In this document: piece by piece, positions 13,285-30,960 of the stretch
How the letters are laid out: the number at the start of each line of letters is the position of its first letter
Numbering within the stretch: the stretch's first letter is position 1
DNA from: Eledone cirrhosa
Lineage: Eukaryota
Direction of reading: 5' to 3'
Assembly: GCA_964016885.1 (NCBI GenBank)
Contig: CAXHJY010001390.1
Span: 62,001-126,000, forward strand
DNA: 64,000 bases
Made by a program: the position numbers and the translations under genes
The notes under the pieces: model-generated
Seen by the model: the letters and a program-made list of their open reading frames with translations, nothing else
What the model was told of the DNA's origin: nothing
The model's database searches: none

Positions 13285-14439
13285 ATGGCTAACCAGCAAA
13301 AATCCAAACAGAACTGGTCTGATAATGAAATCGACATTCTAATAAACACATGGCATTGCCTTACCCAAACAGAAGACATAGATGCTTCATCTCTGAACGA
13401 CATTGCTAAACGTACAGTTCAATTTTTGAAAACTCGATCTGAACAACAGATTCAAAATAAATTAAAGCAAATCGAAATTGCTTTTAAATTAATCAATAAA
13501 CATTTGGATAAACTACGGTGTGTTTTTTCTTCGAATGCTGTCCAGCAGCAGCAACAACAACAACAGCAGCTACAACGGCAACAACAACAACAGCTACAAC
13601 AACAACATCAACAACAGCAACAACAACAACAACGACAACAACAGTGTGAACCACTCCTTGATTCATCAACAATGGCCGATCTACTAAATGAAACTATTGA
13701 CCCCCCAGTAGCCTCTGTCTCACAGCATGAAACGCCACATCCTTTCTCTGGCCCAGCAGTCCAATCATCACCACTGCCAACATCTCTGCCTACTACTACT
13801 ACTACTACTACTACAACATTTTTGTCTACTGCTATGTCAAGGAATTTACCTTCTAATACCAGAACAAGAACTCTCCCTCCCACAGTCCACAAAGGTCGTC
13901 AAATCCTACCCAAACCATCATCTACACCTCTCACAACACACACACCCACATACCCACCCACTCGAAACCCCATCATTTGCCGCTACTCTCTACGCTATAG
14001 AATATGTACGGATAGTGGCTGCAAATTCACCCATTTACCTAGGACAAAACGATCTATCCCCACAAACAGCCACCACCATAATACATACTCTAATTTAACA
14101 CCAACACAACCACCAATAACTCAAACAAGGAATCCACAAATCTGCCGCTTTTCCCTGCGAGACAGATTGTGTTTAGACCGGGATTGTCCCTTTACCCATC
14201 TCCCGGGGACCCGTCGGGCAAATGAAAATAAAATTAAAAATAAAAACAAAAACAAAAACCATAACCTACATAAAAATAACCACTACCACAGTCACCAACA
14301 GTCTTCTAAACAGGAAACTTCTTCCTCTTTTTTAGCCATAATGAATCTGGCAAAAGTACTGGAAAAAAACATTCGAGCTATCACCCAGCACCACCCTCCA
14401 CTATCACCCCACTGCACAAACTCCCATTGCTGCCATTAA
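13285..14439 (+). CDS. LINE ORF1: Myb/SANT-like N-terminus, poly-Q/poly-T linker, two CCCH-type zinc fingers
   Basis: WSDNEIDILINTW...RSEQQIQNKL; CRYSLRYRICTDSGCKFTH and CRFSLRDRLCLDRDCPFTH (C-x8-C-x4-C-x3-H). First ATG at 13285. Confidence 0.8.
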   Translation: MANQQKSKQNWSDNEIDILINTWHCLTQTEDIDASSLNDIAKRTVQFLKTRSEQQIQNKLKQIEIAFKLINKHLDKLRCVFSSNAVQQQQQQQQQLQRQQQQQLQQQHQQQQQQQQRQQQCEPLLDSSTMADLLNETIDPPVASVSQHETPHPFSGPAVQSSPLPTSLPTTTTTTTTTFLSTAMSRNLPSNTRTRTLPPTVHKGRQILPKPSSTPLTTHTPTYPPTRNPIICRYSLRYRICTDSGCKFTHLPRTKRSIPTNSHHHNTYSNLTPTQPPITQTRNPQICRFSLRDRLCLDRDCPFTHLPGTRRANENKIKNKNKNKNHNLHKNNHYHSHQQSSKQETSSSFLAIMNLAKVLEKNIRAITQHHPPLSPHCTNSHCCH

Positions 14440-17400
14440 CAAACAAACAAATTAACAACACACCAAAACAATTAAAACCATCCACTCTCGCCTCTACATT
14501 TTTGCTTAACGCCCAAGGCATCAGCCCTTCCACCAATACTCAAAAATGGAAGATCAAATTCCTGGAGGACTGGATTGATGTCCATCCAAACCACATCCCT
14601 TTCTTCGTCCTCACTGAAACCCATCTCAGTAACCTCCACTTGGAAGCCGAGGTGAAAGTGAAAAATTTCAAAGCCATCCGTGCTGATCGCGCTGGCAGAA
14701 GAAAGGACGGAACTGCCATTTATGTCCATAATTCTTTCTCAACAGAGGCTATGAATATATTCACTAATGGATACTGTGAGGCAGTCACTGTATTCAGTCA
14801 AACCAACAACCTATTAGTAGTTGGGCTCTATAGGCCACCCCAAACGCCTGTACCATGCTTCAAGGAATGCCTCAACAGCATAAAGTGTTTCATCCAAGAG
14901 TGTCACCCTGACAACATCTTAATGATGGGGGACTTCAACCTCCCCGGAGTTGACTGGTCCACAAACAGCCTGCCACCAGGTTCTTCTGCCTCAACCTCTG
15001 ACAGGGAAGCTGTGGAATCGCTTCTTGACTTCATGGATGATTTCTTCCTATCCCAACTGGTGCTCGAACCAACGAGGTGCCACAAAAACGTCCTAGACTT
15101 AATTTTCAGCAATCACACTGACAATATCCACAATATTGCAGTGGAGAAAACTCTACTCTCTGATCATGACATGGTTCTCTGTGATCTGAGATTCCACCGT
15201 CCAATATACAAACCCAATGTCATCTCTCCTGTCCATCCGTTTGATACTATGGATTTCCACAATGCAAACTGGGAAGCGATCAGTCATGATCTTGCACATG
15301 TCGACTGGTCCTTCACGCACACTCATACACCCACTAACATCAAAAAGTCCTGGCAGACATTTGTGAACACTGTTACAAACATATGTGCTAAACACACCCC
15401 ATTAAGAACTATAAACAAATCTAAGAGCAGAATCCCTAGAAATAGAAAAACGCTCATCAGAAAAATTAAGAGAACGAACAAAAAAATCAACAAGCTGAAA
15501 TACTGTCAGCAGCAACACATCAACTTGACTGCCATTTCATCACTAGAGATTAAAAAACATAACCTCCAAAACAACATAATGTCCCTCATCAACAATCAGA
15601 GAAGAGCTGAAGAGGCCTGGGCCATTGAGAAGATCAAACTCAATCCCAAAGTGTTCTTTTCATTTGCAAAAAAACACAAAATCACTGGCTCTACTGTTGG
15701 CCCTCTAATTGATGAAAATGGCACTCTTCAAGACAATGCTAAAACCATGGGTGAGATACTGCAGAAACAATACTGCTCTGTTTTCAGCAATCCTGATATG
15801 GCCGATCTGGGCTGTATCGGCGATGTTACTCCCCATTACACCTTATCGGACATAACGTTTGGCGCCCCTGATGTCTTGGCGGCAATAAAGGAAATCAAGC
15901 ATAATTCAGCAGTAGGTCCCGATAGGTTCCCTGCTTGTGTCTTGAAGGCGTGTCAACACCAACTTGCATCTCCTCTTGCCAATCTGTGGCGGAACTCACT
16001 GGATGCTGGATATGTGCCAGAAAACCTTCTATCCCAGTCTGTTGTCCCAGTTTTCAAAAAGGGAAACAAATCCCTTGCCGTGAATTACCGTCCAATCTCA
16101 CTCACCTCTCATATCATTAAGGTATTTGAGAGAGTGGTGAGATCGCGAATGACCCACTTCCTTCAGAGTAACAATATGCTGAACTCCAACCAGCATGGAT
16201 TCCGTAATGGAAGGGATTGCCTGACGCAGCTACTGCATCACTTTGATGACATTTTGAGAGCCTTGGGAGAGGGTTCCAACACTGATGTTATCTACCTTGA
16301 TTTCAGCAAGGCCTTTGACAGGGTTGATCATAACATTCTACTGAGAAAGCTGTCCAATATTGGTGTCACTGGAAAGCTGCTGCAGTGGATCAAGAGCTTC
16401 CTGTCAAACAGAACCCAACATGTTGTAGTTGAGGGAGTCAAATCAAGCCCAGCCAAAGTCAGTAGTGGGGTCCCACAAGGCACTGTGTTGGGCCCACTTC
16501 TCTTCATCATCTATATTAATGACATCACTGACATCATCAAACACAGCAACATTAAAATTTTCGCTGATGATTCCAAGCTCCAAAAGGTCATCAATGGCGT
16601 GGATGACGGGATAAGCCTTCAGTCAGACCTACTGGCTGTTACCCAATGGGCGGAAAAGAACAACATGTTACTAAACCAAGACAAATTCGAACTGATCCAC
16701 TTTGGAAAAGAGGATACTCTGAAACTCCCGTACTCCCTTCCCTCCGGGGAAACTCTCGTGGCATCTAACAACATCAGAGACTTGGGAGTAACCGTGGACA
16801 GCAACATAAGCTGGACCACGCATATAAGCAGCAAAGTTGACATGGCCCGCAGAATGTGTTCCTGGATCCTCAGAACCTTCCAGTCGAGAGATTCCCGCAC
16901 CATTATCCTTCTCTTCTCTACTTTTGCCCGACCACACCTTGAATACTGTTGTCCACTGTGGTCTCCCCACATGAAACAAAGTATCATGAAACTTGAAGCT
17001 CCTCAAAGGGCAATCACGAAGAAGATAGATGGCATGTCAGACCTTGACTACTGGGGTCGATTAGAAAACCTGAAACTTTACTCACTCCAACGTCGCCGTG
17101 AGCGTTATATTATCTGCACGATGTGGAAAATGTTCCATCATCACTGCCCAAATGATGTTGGCATCGCCTTCAAGATACACCCAAGGCTTGGGCCCCATGC
17201 TATCCGTCCCATTCAAAAATCTAAATCGCAACTCATAACAACAATACGGCACAATTATTTCACCTCAATCGGCCCTGCTCTCTTCAACATCACACCAGGA
17301 CACGTCAAAACAGAAACTGACCACACAAAATTCAAGAAGTCTTTGGACAAATTCCTCCAAGTAATCCCGGACAAACCACCCACACCTGGATATGTCTCCG

Positions 17401-17447
17401 CAAACAGTAATTCTCTTCTCGAATGGGCCATGGTGCCCAAATCCTGA
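14427..17447 (+). CDS. LINE ORF2: apurinic-like endonuclease + reverse transcriptase (uninterrupted; no AUG at the start)
   Basis: LTETHL, GLYRPP, MGDFN, SDH; [47 protein letters not shown]. Confidence 0.95.
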   Translation: MLPLTNKQINNTPKQLKPSTLASTFLLNAQGISPSTNTQKWKIKFLEDWIDVHPNHIPFFVLTETHLSNLHLEAEVKVKNFKAIRADRAGRRKDGTAIYVHNSFSTEAMNIFTNGYCEAVTVFSQTNNLLVVGLYRPPQTPVPCFKECLNSIKCFIQECHPDNILMMGDFNLPGVDWSTNSLPPGSSASTSDREAVESLLDFMDDFFLSQLVLEPTRCHKNVLDLIFSNHTDNIHNIAVEKTLLSDHDMVLCDLRFHRPIYKPNVISPVHPFDTMDFHNANWEAISHDLAHVDWSFTHTHTPTNIKKSWQTFVNTVTNICAKHTPLRTINKSKSRIPRNRKTLIRKIKRTNKKINKLKYCQQQHINLTAISSLEIKKHNLQNNIMSLINNQRRAEEAWAIEKIKLNPKVFFSFAKKHKITGSTVGPLIDENGTLQDNAKTMGEILQKQYCSVFSNPDMADLGCIGDVTPHYTLSDITFGAPDVLAAIKEIKHNSAVGPDRFPACVLKACQHQLASPLANLWRNSLDAGYVPENLLSQSVVPVFKKGNKSLAVNYRPISLTSHIIKVFERVVRSRMTHFLQSNNMLNSNQHGFRNGRDCLTQLLHHFDDILRALGEGSNTDVIYLDFSKAFDRVDHNILLRKLSNIGVTGKLLQWIKSFLSNRTQHVVVEGVKSSPAKVSSGVPQGTVLGPLLFIIYINDITDIIKHSNIKIFADDSKLQKVINGVDDGISLQSDLLAVTQWAEKNNMLLNQDKFELIHFGKEDTLKLPYSLPSGETLVASNNIRDLGVTVDSNISWTTHISSKVDMARRMCSWILRTFQSRDSRTIILLFSTFARPHLEYCCPLWSPHMKQSIMKLEAPQRAITKKIDGMSDLDYWGRLENLKLYSLQRRRERYIICTMWKMFHHHCPNDVGIAFKIHPRLGPHAIRPIQKSKSQLITTIRHNYFTSIGPALFNITPGHVKTETDHTKFKKSLDKFLQVIPDKPPTPGYVSANSNSLLEWAMVPKS

Positions 17448-17531
17448 ATTGAAAGACTTCGCCAGGTGGTGCTATTAAGTTAGACATGGCCTGGGCCAAT
17501 ACTGGCCAAAACATTTCAAAGTTATTCAAAG

Positions 17532-17652
<121 letters not shown>

Positions 17653-17686
17653 GTATATATATATATGTATATATATATATGTATAT

Positions 17687-17778
<92 letters not shown>

Positions 17779-17787
17779 GTATATATG

Positions 17788-17839
<52 letters not shown>

Positions 17840-17844
17840 TATAT

Positions 17845-20546
17845 AACTTTGAATAACTTTGAAATGTTTTGGCCAGTATTGGCCCAGGCCATGTCTAACT
17901 TAATAGCACCACCTGGCGAAGTCTTTCAATTCAGGATTTGGGCACCATGGCCCATTCGAGAAGAGAATTACTGTTTGCGGAGACATATCCGGGTGTGGGT
18001 GGTTTGTCCGGGATTACTTGGAGGAATTTGTCCAAAGACTTCTTGAATTTTGAGTGGTCAGTTTCTGTTTTGACGTGTCCTGGTGTGATGTTGAAGAGAG
18101 CAGGGCCGATTGAGGTGAAATAATTGTGCCGTATTGTTGTTATGAGTTGCGATTTAGATTTTTGAATGGGACGGATAGCACGGGGCCCAAGCCTTGGGTG
18201 TATCTTGAAGGCGATGCCAACATCATTTGGGCAGTGATGATGGAACATTTTCCACATCATGCAGATAATATAACGCTCAGGGCGACGTTGGAGTGAGTAA
18301 AGTTTCAGGTTTTCCAATCGATCCCAGTAGTCAAGGTCTGACATGCCATCTATCTTTTTCGTGATTGCCCTTTGAGGAGCTTCAAGTTTCATGATACTTT
18401 GTTTCGTGTGGGGAGACCACAGTGGACAACAGTATTCAAGGTGTGGTCGGGCGAAAGTAGAGAAGAGAAGGATAATGGTGCGGGAATCTCTCGACTGGAA
18501 GGTTCTGAGGATCCAGGAACACATTCTGCGGGCCATGTCAACTTTGCTGCCGATATGCGTGGTCCAGCTTATGTTGCTGTCCACGGTTACTCCCAAGTCT
18601 CTGATGTTGTTAGATGCCACGAGAGTTTCCCCGGAGGGAAGGGAGTACGGGAGTTTCAGAGCATCCTCTTTTCCAAAGTGGATCAGTTCGAATTTGTCCT
18701 CGTTCAGTAACATGTTGTTCTTTTCCGCCCATTGGGTAACAGCCAGTAGGTCTGACTGAAGGCTTATCCAGTCATCCACGCCATTGATGACCTTTTGGAG
18801 CTTGGAATCATCAGCGAAAATTTTAATGTTGCTCTGTTTGCTGATGTCAGTGATGTCATTAATATAGATGATGAAGAGAAGTGGGCCCAACACAGTGCCT
18901 TGTGGGACCCCACTACTGACTTTGGCTGGGCTTGATTTGACTCCCTCAACTACAACATGTTGGGTTCTGTTTGACAGGAAGCTCTTGATCCACTGCAGCA
19001 GCTTTCCAGTGACACCAATATTGGACAGCTTTCTCAGTAGAATGTTATGATCAACCCTGTCAAAGGCCTTGCTGAAATCAAGGTAGATAACATCAGTGTT
19101 GGAACCCTCTCCCAAGGCTCTCAAAATGTCATCAAAGTGATGCAGTAGCTGCGTCAGGCAATCCCTTCCATTACGGAATCCATGCTGGTTGGAGTTCAGC
19201 ATATTGTTACTCTGAAGGAAGTGGGTCATTCGCGATCTCACCACTCTCTCAAATACCTTAATGATATGAGAGGTGAGTGAGATTGGACGGTAATTCACGG
19301 CAAGGGATTTGTTTCCCTTTTTGAAAACTGGGACAACAGACTGGGATAGAAGGTTTTCTGGCACATATACAGCATCCAGTGAGTTCCGCCACAGATTGGC
19401 AAGAGGAGATGCAAGTTGGTGTTGACACGCCTTCAAGACACAAGCAGGGAACCTATCGGGACCTACTGCTGAATTATGCTTGATTTCCTTTATTGCCGCC
19501 AAGACATCAGGGGCGCCAAACGTTATGTCCGATAAGGTGTAATGGGGAGTAACATCGCCGATACAGCCCAGATCGGCCATATCAGGATTGCTGAAAACAG
19601 AGCAGTATTGTTTCTGCAATATCTCACCCATGGTTTTAGCATTGTCTTGAAGAGTGCCATTTTCATCAATTAGAGGGCCAACAGTAGAGCCAGTGATTTT
19701 GTGTTTTTTTGCAAATGAAAAGAACACTTTGGGATTGAGTTTGATCTTCTCAATGGCCCAGGCCTCTTCAGCTCTTCTCTGATTGTTGATGAGGGACATT
19801 ATGTTGTTTTGGAGGTTATGTTTTTTAATCTCTAGTGATGAAATGGCAGTCAAGTTGATGTGTTGCTGCTGACAGTATTTCAGCTTGTTGATTTTTTTGT
19901 TCGTTCTCTTAATTTTTCTGATGAGCGTTTTTCTATTTCTAGGGATTCTGCTCTTAGATTTGTTTATAGTTCTTAATGGGGTGTGTTTAGCACATATGTT
20001 TGTAACAGTGTCCACAAATGTCTGCCAGGACTTTTTGATGTTAGTGGGTGTATGAGTGTGCGTGAAGGACCAGTCGACATGTGCAAGATCATGACTGATC
20101 GCTTCCCAGTTTGCATTGTGGAAATCCATAGCGTCAAACGGATGGACAGGAGAGATGACATTGGGTTTGTATATTGGACGGTGGAATCTCAGATCACAGA
20201 GAACCATGTCATGATCAGAGAGTAGAGTTTTTTCCACTGCAATATTGTGGATATTGTCAGTGTGATTGCTGAAAATTAAGTCTAGGACGTTTTTGTGGCA
20301 CCTCGTTGGTTCGAGCACTAGTTGGGATAGGAAGAAATCATCCATGAAGTCAAGAAGTGATTCCACAGCTTCCCTGTCAGAGGTTGAGGCAGAAGAACCT
20401 GGTGGCAGGGTGTTTGTGGACCAGTCAACTCCGGGGAGGTTGAAGTCCCCCATCATTAAGATGTTGTCAGGGTGACACTCTTGGATGAAACACTTTATGC
20501 TGTTGAGGCATTCCTTGAAGCATGGTACAGGCGTTTGGGGTGGCCT
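17845..20546 (-). mobile_element. 5'-truncated LINE family A copy, tail-to-tail with the full-length copy
   Basis: Near-identical reverse complement of ~14830-17535; frame open 17931-~20545. Confidence 0.95.
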
Positions 20547-21157
<611 letters not shown>

Positions 21158-21196
21158 TGAAATATAAGAATCAAAGAACTGTTCAAAACATTATTG

Positions 21197-21243
21197 TGCT
21201 TACAGCTGTTTCCTCCAAACCGAGGTTTGGATTCTTCGGAGCA
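21197..21243 (-). ncRNA. Hammerhead ribozyme, CCGAAGA core variant (inverted arm)
   Basis: Minus strand: tgct CCGAAGA a tccaaacc-tc-ggtttgga g GAAAC-agct-GTA agca. Confidence 0.75.
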
Positions 21244-23347
21244 ATTTATTAACGCATGGACAGTTATATGACCTCCTTTTCAGCCGAGAGACATACCAAT
21301 ACATATTCAAGCATTGATACATATTCAAACATTGTGGGTCAACATTCATTACAGAATTTAGAGTGGCAGTACACACTTCGAGATTACATTTATATTAATA
21401 GGTACAATCAAAAATCAAAGATATAGGTTAAAGTACAACATGAAGATAAGTGGTTATATAGTGCAAATGTTATATGTGTGGCACGCATGTGTGTCTTGTT
21501 TATATAGTGTGGCAGAGAGATATGTGTGGTAGAGGCACTTAGGTAGGTAAATAAGAGTGTTAGGTTGGTAGATCTGGTGGCAAAGTCTTTATAAGATTGA
21601 TATAGTCTGTGTGTGGAGAAATATTATAAGCATTAAAGATAGTGCAAGCATTAAAAGTGTTATAAGTATTGGAGATGCACAGCGCAGGGATGTCAAGTAA
21701 TTCATGTACTTCGGCATTTTCATGGTCAAGGGAGTGTATATTTCGATTATATGCCTTTCACATAATCCACGATAATCCAGTTAGAGATCGTAGTCTGGTG
21801 TTCTTTAGTTCGATACAGGAGGTTGTTACGTTTCGAGAAACGCCATTGAATACCGGAAGTGTGTGTGTGGCTAATGGGAGTTAATGCATGCGGGGAGGTA
21901 ACTCTGGGGTTTCTATATCTAGCCATTAAAATGTGTCCCAATATAGACCCTAAATTCTATGGTGAGGTGCACCTTCCAAGAGAGACTTTTAAAGCATAAA
22001 GTGTACTAACTATAGAGTAGTTTAACTAAATTATGCTGAAGGTGATCATATTATTATTAAGGTGGATTAACCCATCTTAAGGTGCTACAAATGGAAATTA
22101 TAGATGATGAGCGAGGATTCTAAATTAATGATCTCTGTGGTTGTAGTCTGCTCATATGACCAGGCGCGGTGATTGCAGGATTGCTTCAGGACCCAATGAT
22201 CTCTGGTAAGATCTGGGTCATCGCTTGCTACATTGGATGTCGAAAGATAATCGTCCCCAGGCAGGCCAAAGGTCAATCCGCAGTCCTCGGGACCCCTCTC
22301 TGACCGTCAGATCATCCATATACGTACAACCCGCACGGCAGTTGCATTGCATTCACTCACTGCGCTCAGCAGCCCGGTCCTACTGGTCAACAGCGCTACT
22401 CGATTAAATCATTTTACATCTGTCTAAGGAAGGTGTTTCCTCTGCCCAACACCATCCAACCGATCAATTCATGCTCAAATTACCCTTAGACCGGTGTGGT
22501 GCCGTCCAAGTGGGTGGATGTTGTCACACCTGCCGTAGAGGTATAAATGGGTATTTTCCCTGCGAAGGGTTCCAGAGGGATGTCGTTGTTTGTGTTATAA
22601 TGGATCAGCTAGTGTTGGGTATGTAGTATAGGGTGTGTCTCTGGTGTTTGATGCTAGATGTGGTGTTAGGTTCCAGTCCGACATTGCTATATATAGGGCT
22701 TAACGTTTTGGAAGGAATGTCTGAGGCGGTGCTGGCAAGTTGCAAACACCTCAGATTTTTTGTTAAGTAGGTTACGGTTGGAGAAGATAATATTGTGTGT
22801 CTCTAGTATACAGAGATTACAGAATTTATTAGGTGGTTTGTACGAGGTCGCGCTGCCTATCACTTCCCATTTGAGTGTGTATGGTTTATTTTTAGATTTT
22901 AGATAGTGTATGTAGCTAGAAAGTGAGGTGGAGTTGGCTAGGCTGTGCTTTTTGAACGAGTGGATGTGCGAGTTATATCTGATTTTGAAGCAGTTAGAAG
23001 TGGAGCCTACATAAGTTTCTGAAGAGTTATTAGTCGTGACTGTGCATGAGTATATGACATCCTTGGTTAGGCATTTTTTATCTAAAGGGCAGGTTCTATT
23101 AGCTCTACAGTTACAATTATTCTGTGCGTTAGTTCGCTGGTTATAATGCAATGCGGAAGTCTGTGTGGTGGATATAGGGTTTTGGGTGTTCGGGTTGGCA
23201 ACCCTGGTGTTATTACTTATACTAGTGTTATTTCTATTGTTACTGCCGTTGCTATTGTTGCTTGCTACAGTGGTATTTAGAGGGTTTGCATCCCGTTGTG
23301 ATTTTGTTTGTTGGAAGTAAGAACTAATTTTACTATTATTGCTGCTA

Positions 23348-25751
23348 GGAATACATATGAGAAATTGCTGATCAACAGTGTAAATTCATTTATCAATAGA
23401 GTGAGATGGAGGACATTCCATTATGATAGAAACAAATCTAACAACTTGAATAATACTAACAATTTTGACTCCTTCGGCTTTAAAACCTTTAAAAGCCCCC
23501 CTCATAACACTCTACTTAACTCCTTTGAAAATGACCTAGTTAAACTAGTTAAGAACATTAAATACAATAAGCACCATATTAGAAGCAACACCTTCTTAAA
23601 CAAACTTAACACTTCTATTAGTGGATTCAAAACTAGTAATAAAATTATTGTACACGCAGATAAAACTAATAACATATACAGCCTAGATTATATTACTTAT
23701 AGAAAGTTTATATATAATGAACTACATAAAAGCTACAAAAAAACCACCTTGAAAAACTTAGAAGATATTAATGTAGAGGGTTATAATATAGTGTCTAAAC
23801 TAGGACTACAGAGGCATACACAACCTTTCACTCCGAACCCCCTAGATTCTCTCTGAAGGACCATAAGGAGAACTTCATCAGCAACCCCACGATAAGACTT
23901 ATCTGCCCTTCCAAGTCCGACATTGGTATTATCAGCAAGAAGATTTTGGATAAAATCATCCCACAAATTAAACACAAGATACACCTTAAACAATGGGGAA
24001 ATACGGGTGAAGTAATTGAATGGTTTAAGGATATCAAGAATAATAAGAACAAAAAATTTATTCAATTTGATATCAATTCATACTACACCTCTATTTCCCC
24101 TATCCTATTAAATAAGGCACTTATCATGGCCATGACCAATAGCGACCTGACTAGAGCCCAGGTTGATGTCATCCTTGCGGCCCGTAAAACCATAATCACC
24201 TTCGAGGACCAACTATGGACACGCAAGGATACGCACAACAACTTCGACATAACCATGGGATCTAGTGACTCGGCGCAGGTCACTGATTTGGTCGGCCTAT
24301 ACCTCCTCAATGAAATCCATAAAGACCTCCCTTACCTCAACGGAGGTTTGTACCGCGATGATGCACTTCTACTCATAGAATATAAAAAATTTAATATAGA
24401 AAGAACTAGAAAACAACTGCATAAGACATTCAAAAACTTTAACCTTAGTATCACCATGGACAAAAACACTAAAAATGTTAACTTCCTAGACGCCACACTA
24501 TACCTAGACTCAAAAATATATACACCTTTCCATAAGCCTAATGAGAAACTTATTTACGTAGATACCAAGTCTAATCACCCTAGATCAATATTAAACTCTA
24601 TCTCTAAGGGGGTGTCCAATAGAATCTCTAGTCTGTCCTATGACGCAAACATATTTAGCAAAAACTCACAATATTACAATCAAGCATTAGCTAGCTCCGG
24701 CCATAATATAGAAATTGAGTTCCTACCTAAGAAAACACATAGCTACAACATAATCTCGCACAACATGTCCATGAGGAAATCTAATAATAGGAATAGCAAC
24801 CACAAGTACACCAAAGCGGAGGGTGCCACAGGAAGTAACCATTACCATGGAAACTACTGTGAGGCCTTAGGAGGAAGCAACACACCAAACACTAAAAGCA
24901 AAAATAGAAGAAGAAATAATACATTTTTCAACCCTCCTTTCAACCTAAATGTCTCCACCAACATACCTAGGGCTTTCTTCTCACTACTAGATAAAAACTT
25001 CCCTCGAGGACACAAGTACCACAACCTCTTAAACAAAAACACCATTAAAATCTCATACTCTACGACGCCTAACTTAGCATACCACATAGCTAGCAGCAAT
25101 AATAGTAAAATTAGTTCTTACTTCCAACAAACAAAATCACAACGGGATGCAAACCCTCTAAATACCACTGTAGCAAGCAACAATAGCAACGGCAGTAACA
25201 ATAGAAATAACACTAGTATAAGTAATAACACCAGGGTTGCCAACCCGAACACCCAAAATCCTATATCCACCACACAGACTTCCGCATTGCATTATAACCA
25301 GCGAACTAACGCACAGAATAATTGTAACTGTAGAGCTAATAGAACCTGCCCTTTAGATAAAAAATGCCTAACCAAGGATGTCATATACTCATGCACAGTC
25401 ACGACTAATAACTCTTCAGAAACTTATGTAGGCTCCACTTCTAACTGCTTCAAAATCAGATATAACTCGCACATCCACTCGTTCAAAAAGCACAGCCTAG
25501 CCAACTCCACCTCACTTTCTAGCTACATACACTATCTAAAATCTAAAAATAAACCATACACACTCAAATGGGAAGTGATAGGCAGCGCGACCTCGTACAA
25601 ACCACCTAATAAATTCTGTAATCTCTGTATACTAGAGACACACAATATTATCTTCTCCAACCGTAACCTACTTAACAAAAAATCTGAGGTGTTTGCAACT
25701 TGCCAGCACCGCCTCAGACATTCCTTCCAAAACTTTAAGCCCTATATATAG
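23348..25751 (+). pseudogene. Naiad RT-GIY-YIG ORF, slightly 5'-truncated, one frameshift near 23840
   Basis: FINRVRWR, FIQFDINSYY, MGSSDS, LYRDDA, CNC-x5-CPL-x3-C, VIYSC..YVGST, CNLC..CQH. Confidence 0.9.
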
Positions 25752-27194
25752 CAATGTCGGACTGGAACCTAACACCACATCTAGCATCAAACACCAGAGA
25801 CACACCCTATACTACATACCCAACACTAGCTGATCCATTATAACACAAACAACGACATCCCTCTGGAACCCTTCGCAGGGAAAATACCCATTTATACCTC
25901 TACGGCAGGTGTGACAACATCCACCCACTTGGACGGCACCACATCGCTCTAAGGGTAATTTGAGCATGAATTGATCGGTTGGATGGTGTTGGGCAGAGGA
26001 AACACCTTCCTTAGACAGATGTAAAATGATTTAATCGAGTAGCGCTGTTGACCAGTAGGACCGGGCTGCTGAGCGCAGTGAGTGAATGCAATGCAACTGC
26101 CGTGCGGGTTGTACGTATATGGATGATCTGACGGTCAGAGAGGGGTCCCGAGGACTGCGGATTGACCTTTGGCCTGCCTGGGGACGATTATCTTTCGACA
26201 TCCAATGTAGCAAGCGATGACCCAGATCTTACCAGAGATCATTGGGTCCTGAAGCAATCCTGCAATCACCGCGCCTGGTCATATGAGCAGACTACAACCA
26301 CAGAGATCATTAATTTAGAATCCTCGCTCATCATCTATAATTTCCATTTGTAGCACCTTAAGATGGGTTAATCCACCTTAATAATAATATGATCACCTTC
26401 AGCATAATTTAGTTAAACTACTCTATAGTTAGTACACTTTATGCTTTAAAAGTCTCTCTTGGAAGGTGCACCTCACCATAGAATTTAGGGTCTATATTGG
26501 GACACATTTTAATGGCTAGATATAGAAACCCCAGAGTTACCTCCCCGCATGCATTAACTCCCATTAGCCACACACACACTTCCGGTATTCAATGGCGTTT
26601 CTCGAAACGTAACAACCTCCTGTATCGAACTAAAGAACACCAGACTACGATCTCTAACTGGATTGTCGTGGATTATGTGAAAGGCATATAATCGAAATAT
26701 ACACTCCCTTGACCATGAAAATGCCGAAGTACATGAATTACTTGACATCCCTGCGCTGTGCATCTCCAATACTTATAACACTTTTAATGCTTGCACTATC
26801 TTTAATGCTTATAATATTTCTCCACACACAGACTATATCAATCTTATAAAGACTTTGCCACCAGATCTACCAACCTAACACTCTTATTTACCTACCTAAG
26901 TGCCTCTACCACACATATCTCTCTGCCACACTATATAAACAAGACACACATGCGTGCCACACATATAACATTTGCACTATATAACCACTTATCTTCATGT
27001 TGTACTTTAACCTATATCTTTGATTTTTGATTGTACCTATTAATATAAATGTAATCTCGAAGTGTGTACTGCCACTCTAAATTCTGTAATGAATGTTGAC
27101 CCACAATGTTTGAATATGTATCAATGCTTGAATATGTATTGGTATGTCTCTCGGCTGAAAAGGAGGTCATATAACTGTCCATGCGTTAATAAAT

Positions 27195-27241
27195 TGCCCC
27201 GAAGAATCCAAACCTCGGTTTGGAGGAAACAGCTGTAAGCA
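27195..27241 (+). ncRNA. Hammerhead ribozyme, CCGAAGA core variant (main copy)
   Basis: Same motif with one stem I mismatch (tgcc). Confidence 0.7.
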
Positions 27242-27445
27242 CAATAATGTTTTGAACAGTTCTTTGATTCTTATATTTCATATAACTGCTCTGTAAATCA
27301 TCTGATGTTTTTACATTGAGCTACTTAACTTACTGGTAATAAGGTAGTAATACATTACTGCCTACTCCTATTTAGGGTGTGTGTAAAATACTTACAACTG
27401 CTTAAGGTTTTGTGTTTACATAACCATAAATAGTATAACTAATAC

Positions 27446-30240
<2,795 letters not shown>

Positions 30241-30259
30241 ATATATATGTATATATATG

Positions 30260-30543
<284 letters not shown>

Positions 30544-30544
30544 G

Positions 30545-30602
<58 letters not shown>

Positions 30603-30960
30603 GTATCATCATCATCATCATCATCAACGTTTAACGTCCGTGTTCCACGCTTGCATGGGTTTGGACGGGGGTAGTCCCACTTGAGGCAAGAGTGATTGTC
30701 TTGCTCGCATAGGACTGTCTGGCAGGTTTTCTACAGTTGGATGCCCTTCCTAACACCAACCACATTTACAGTGTGGGTCTGGAAGGTTTTTACCGTGTTG
30801 CCTACACGGCCACATTACAGCGTGGACTGTGTGTTTTTTTGTCGTGACACCTACACGATCTCATTTGTTTCGGCCTGGATGGCGCGGCACCAACATAACT
30901 TTACATAGAACGGGGTGGTGTGGATGGGGTGGGGGTGGTGGCGGGACGGGGTGTATTTTG

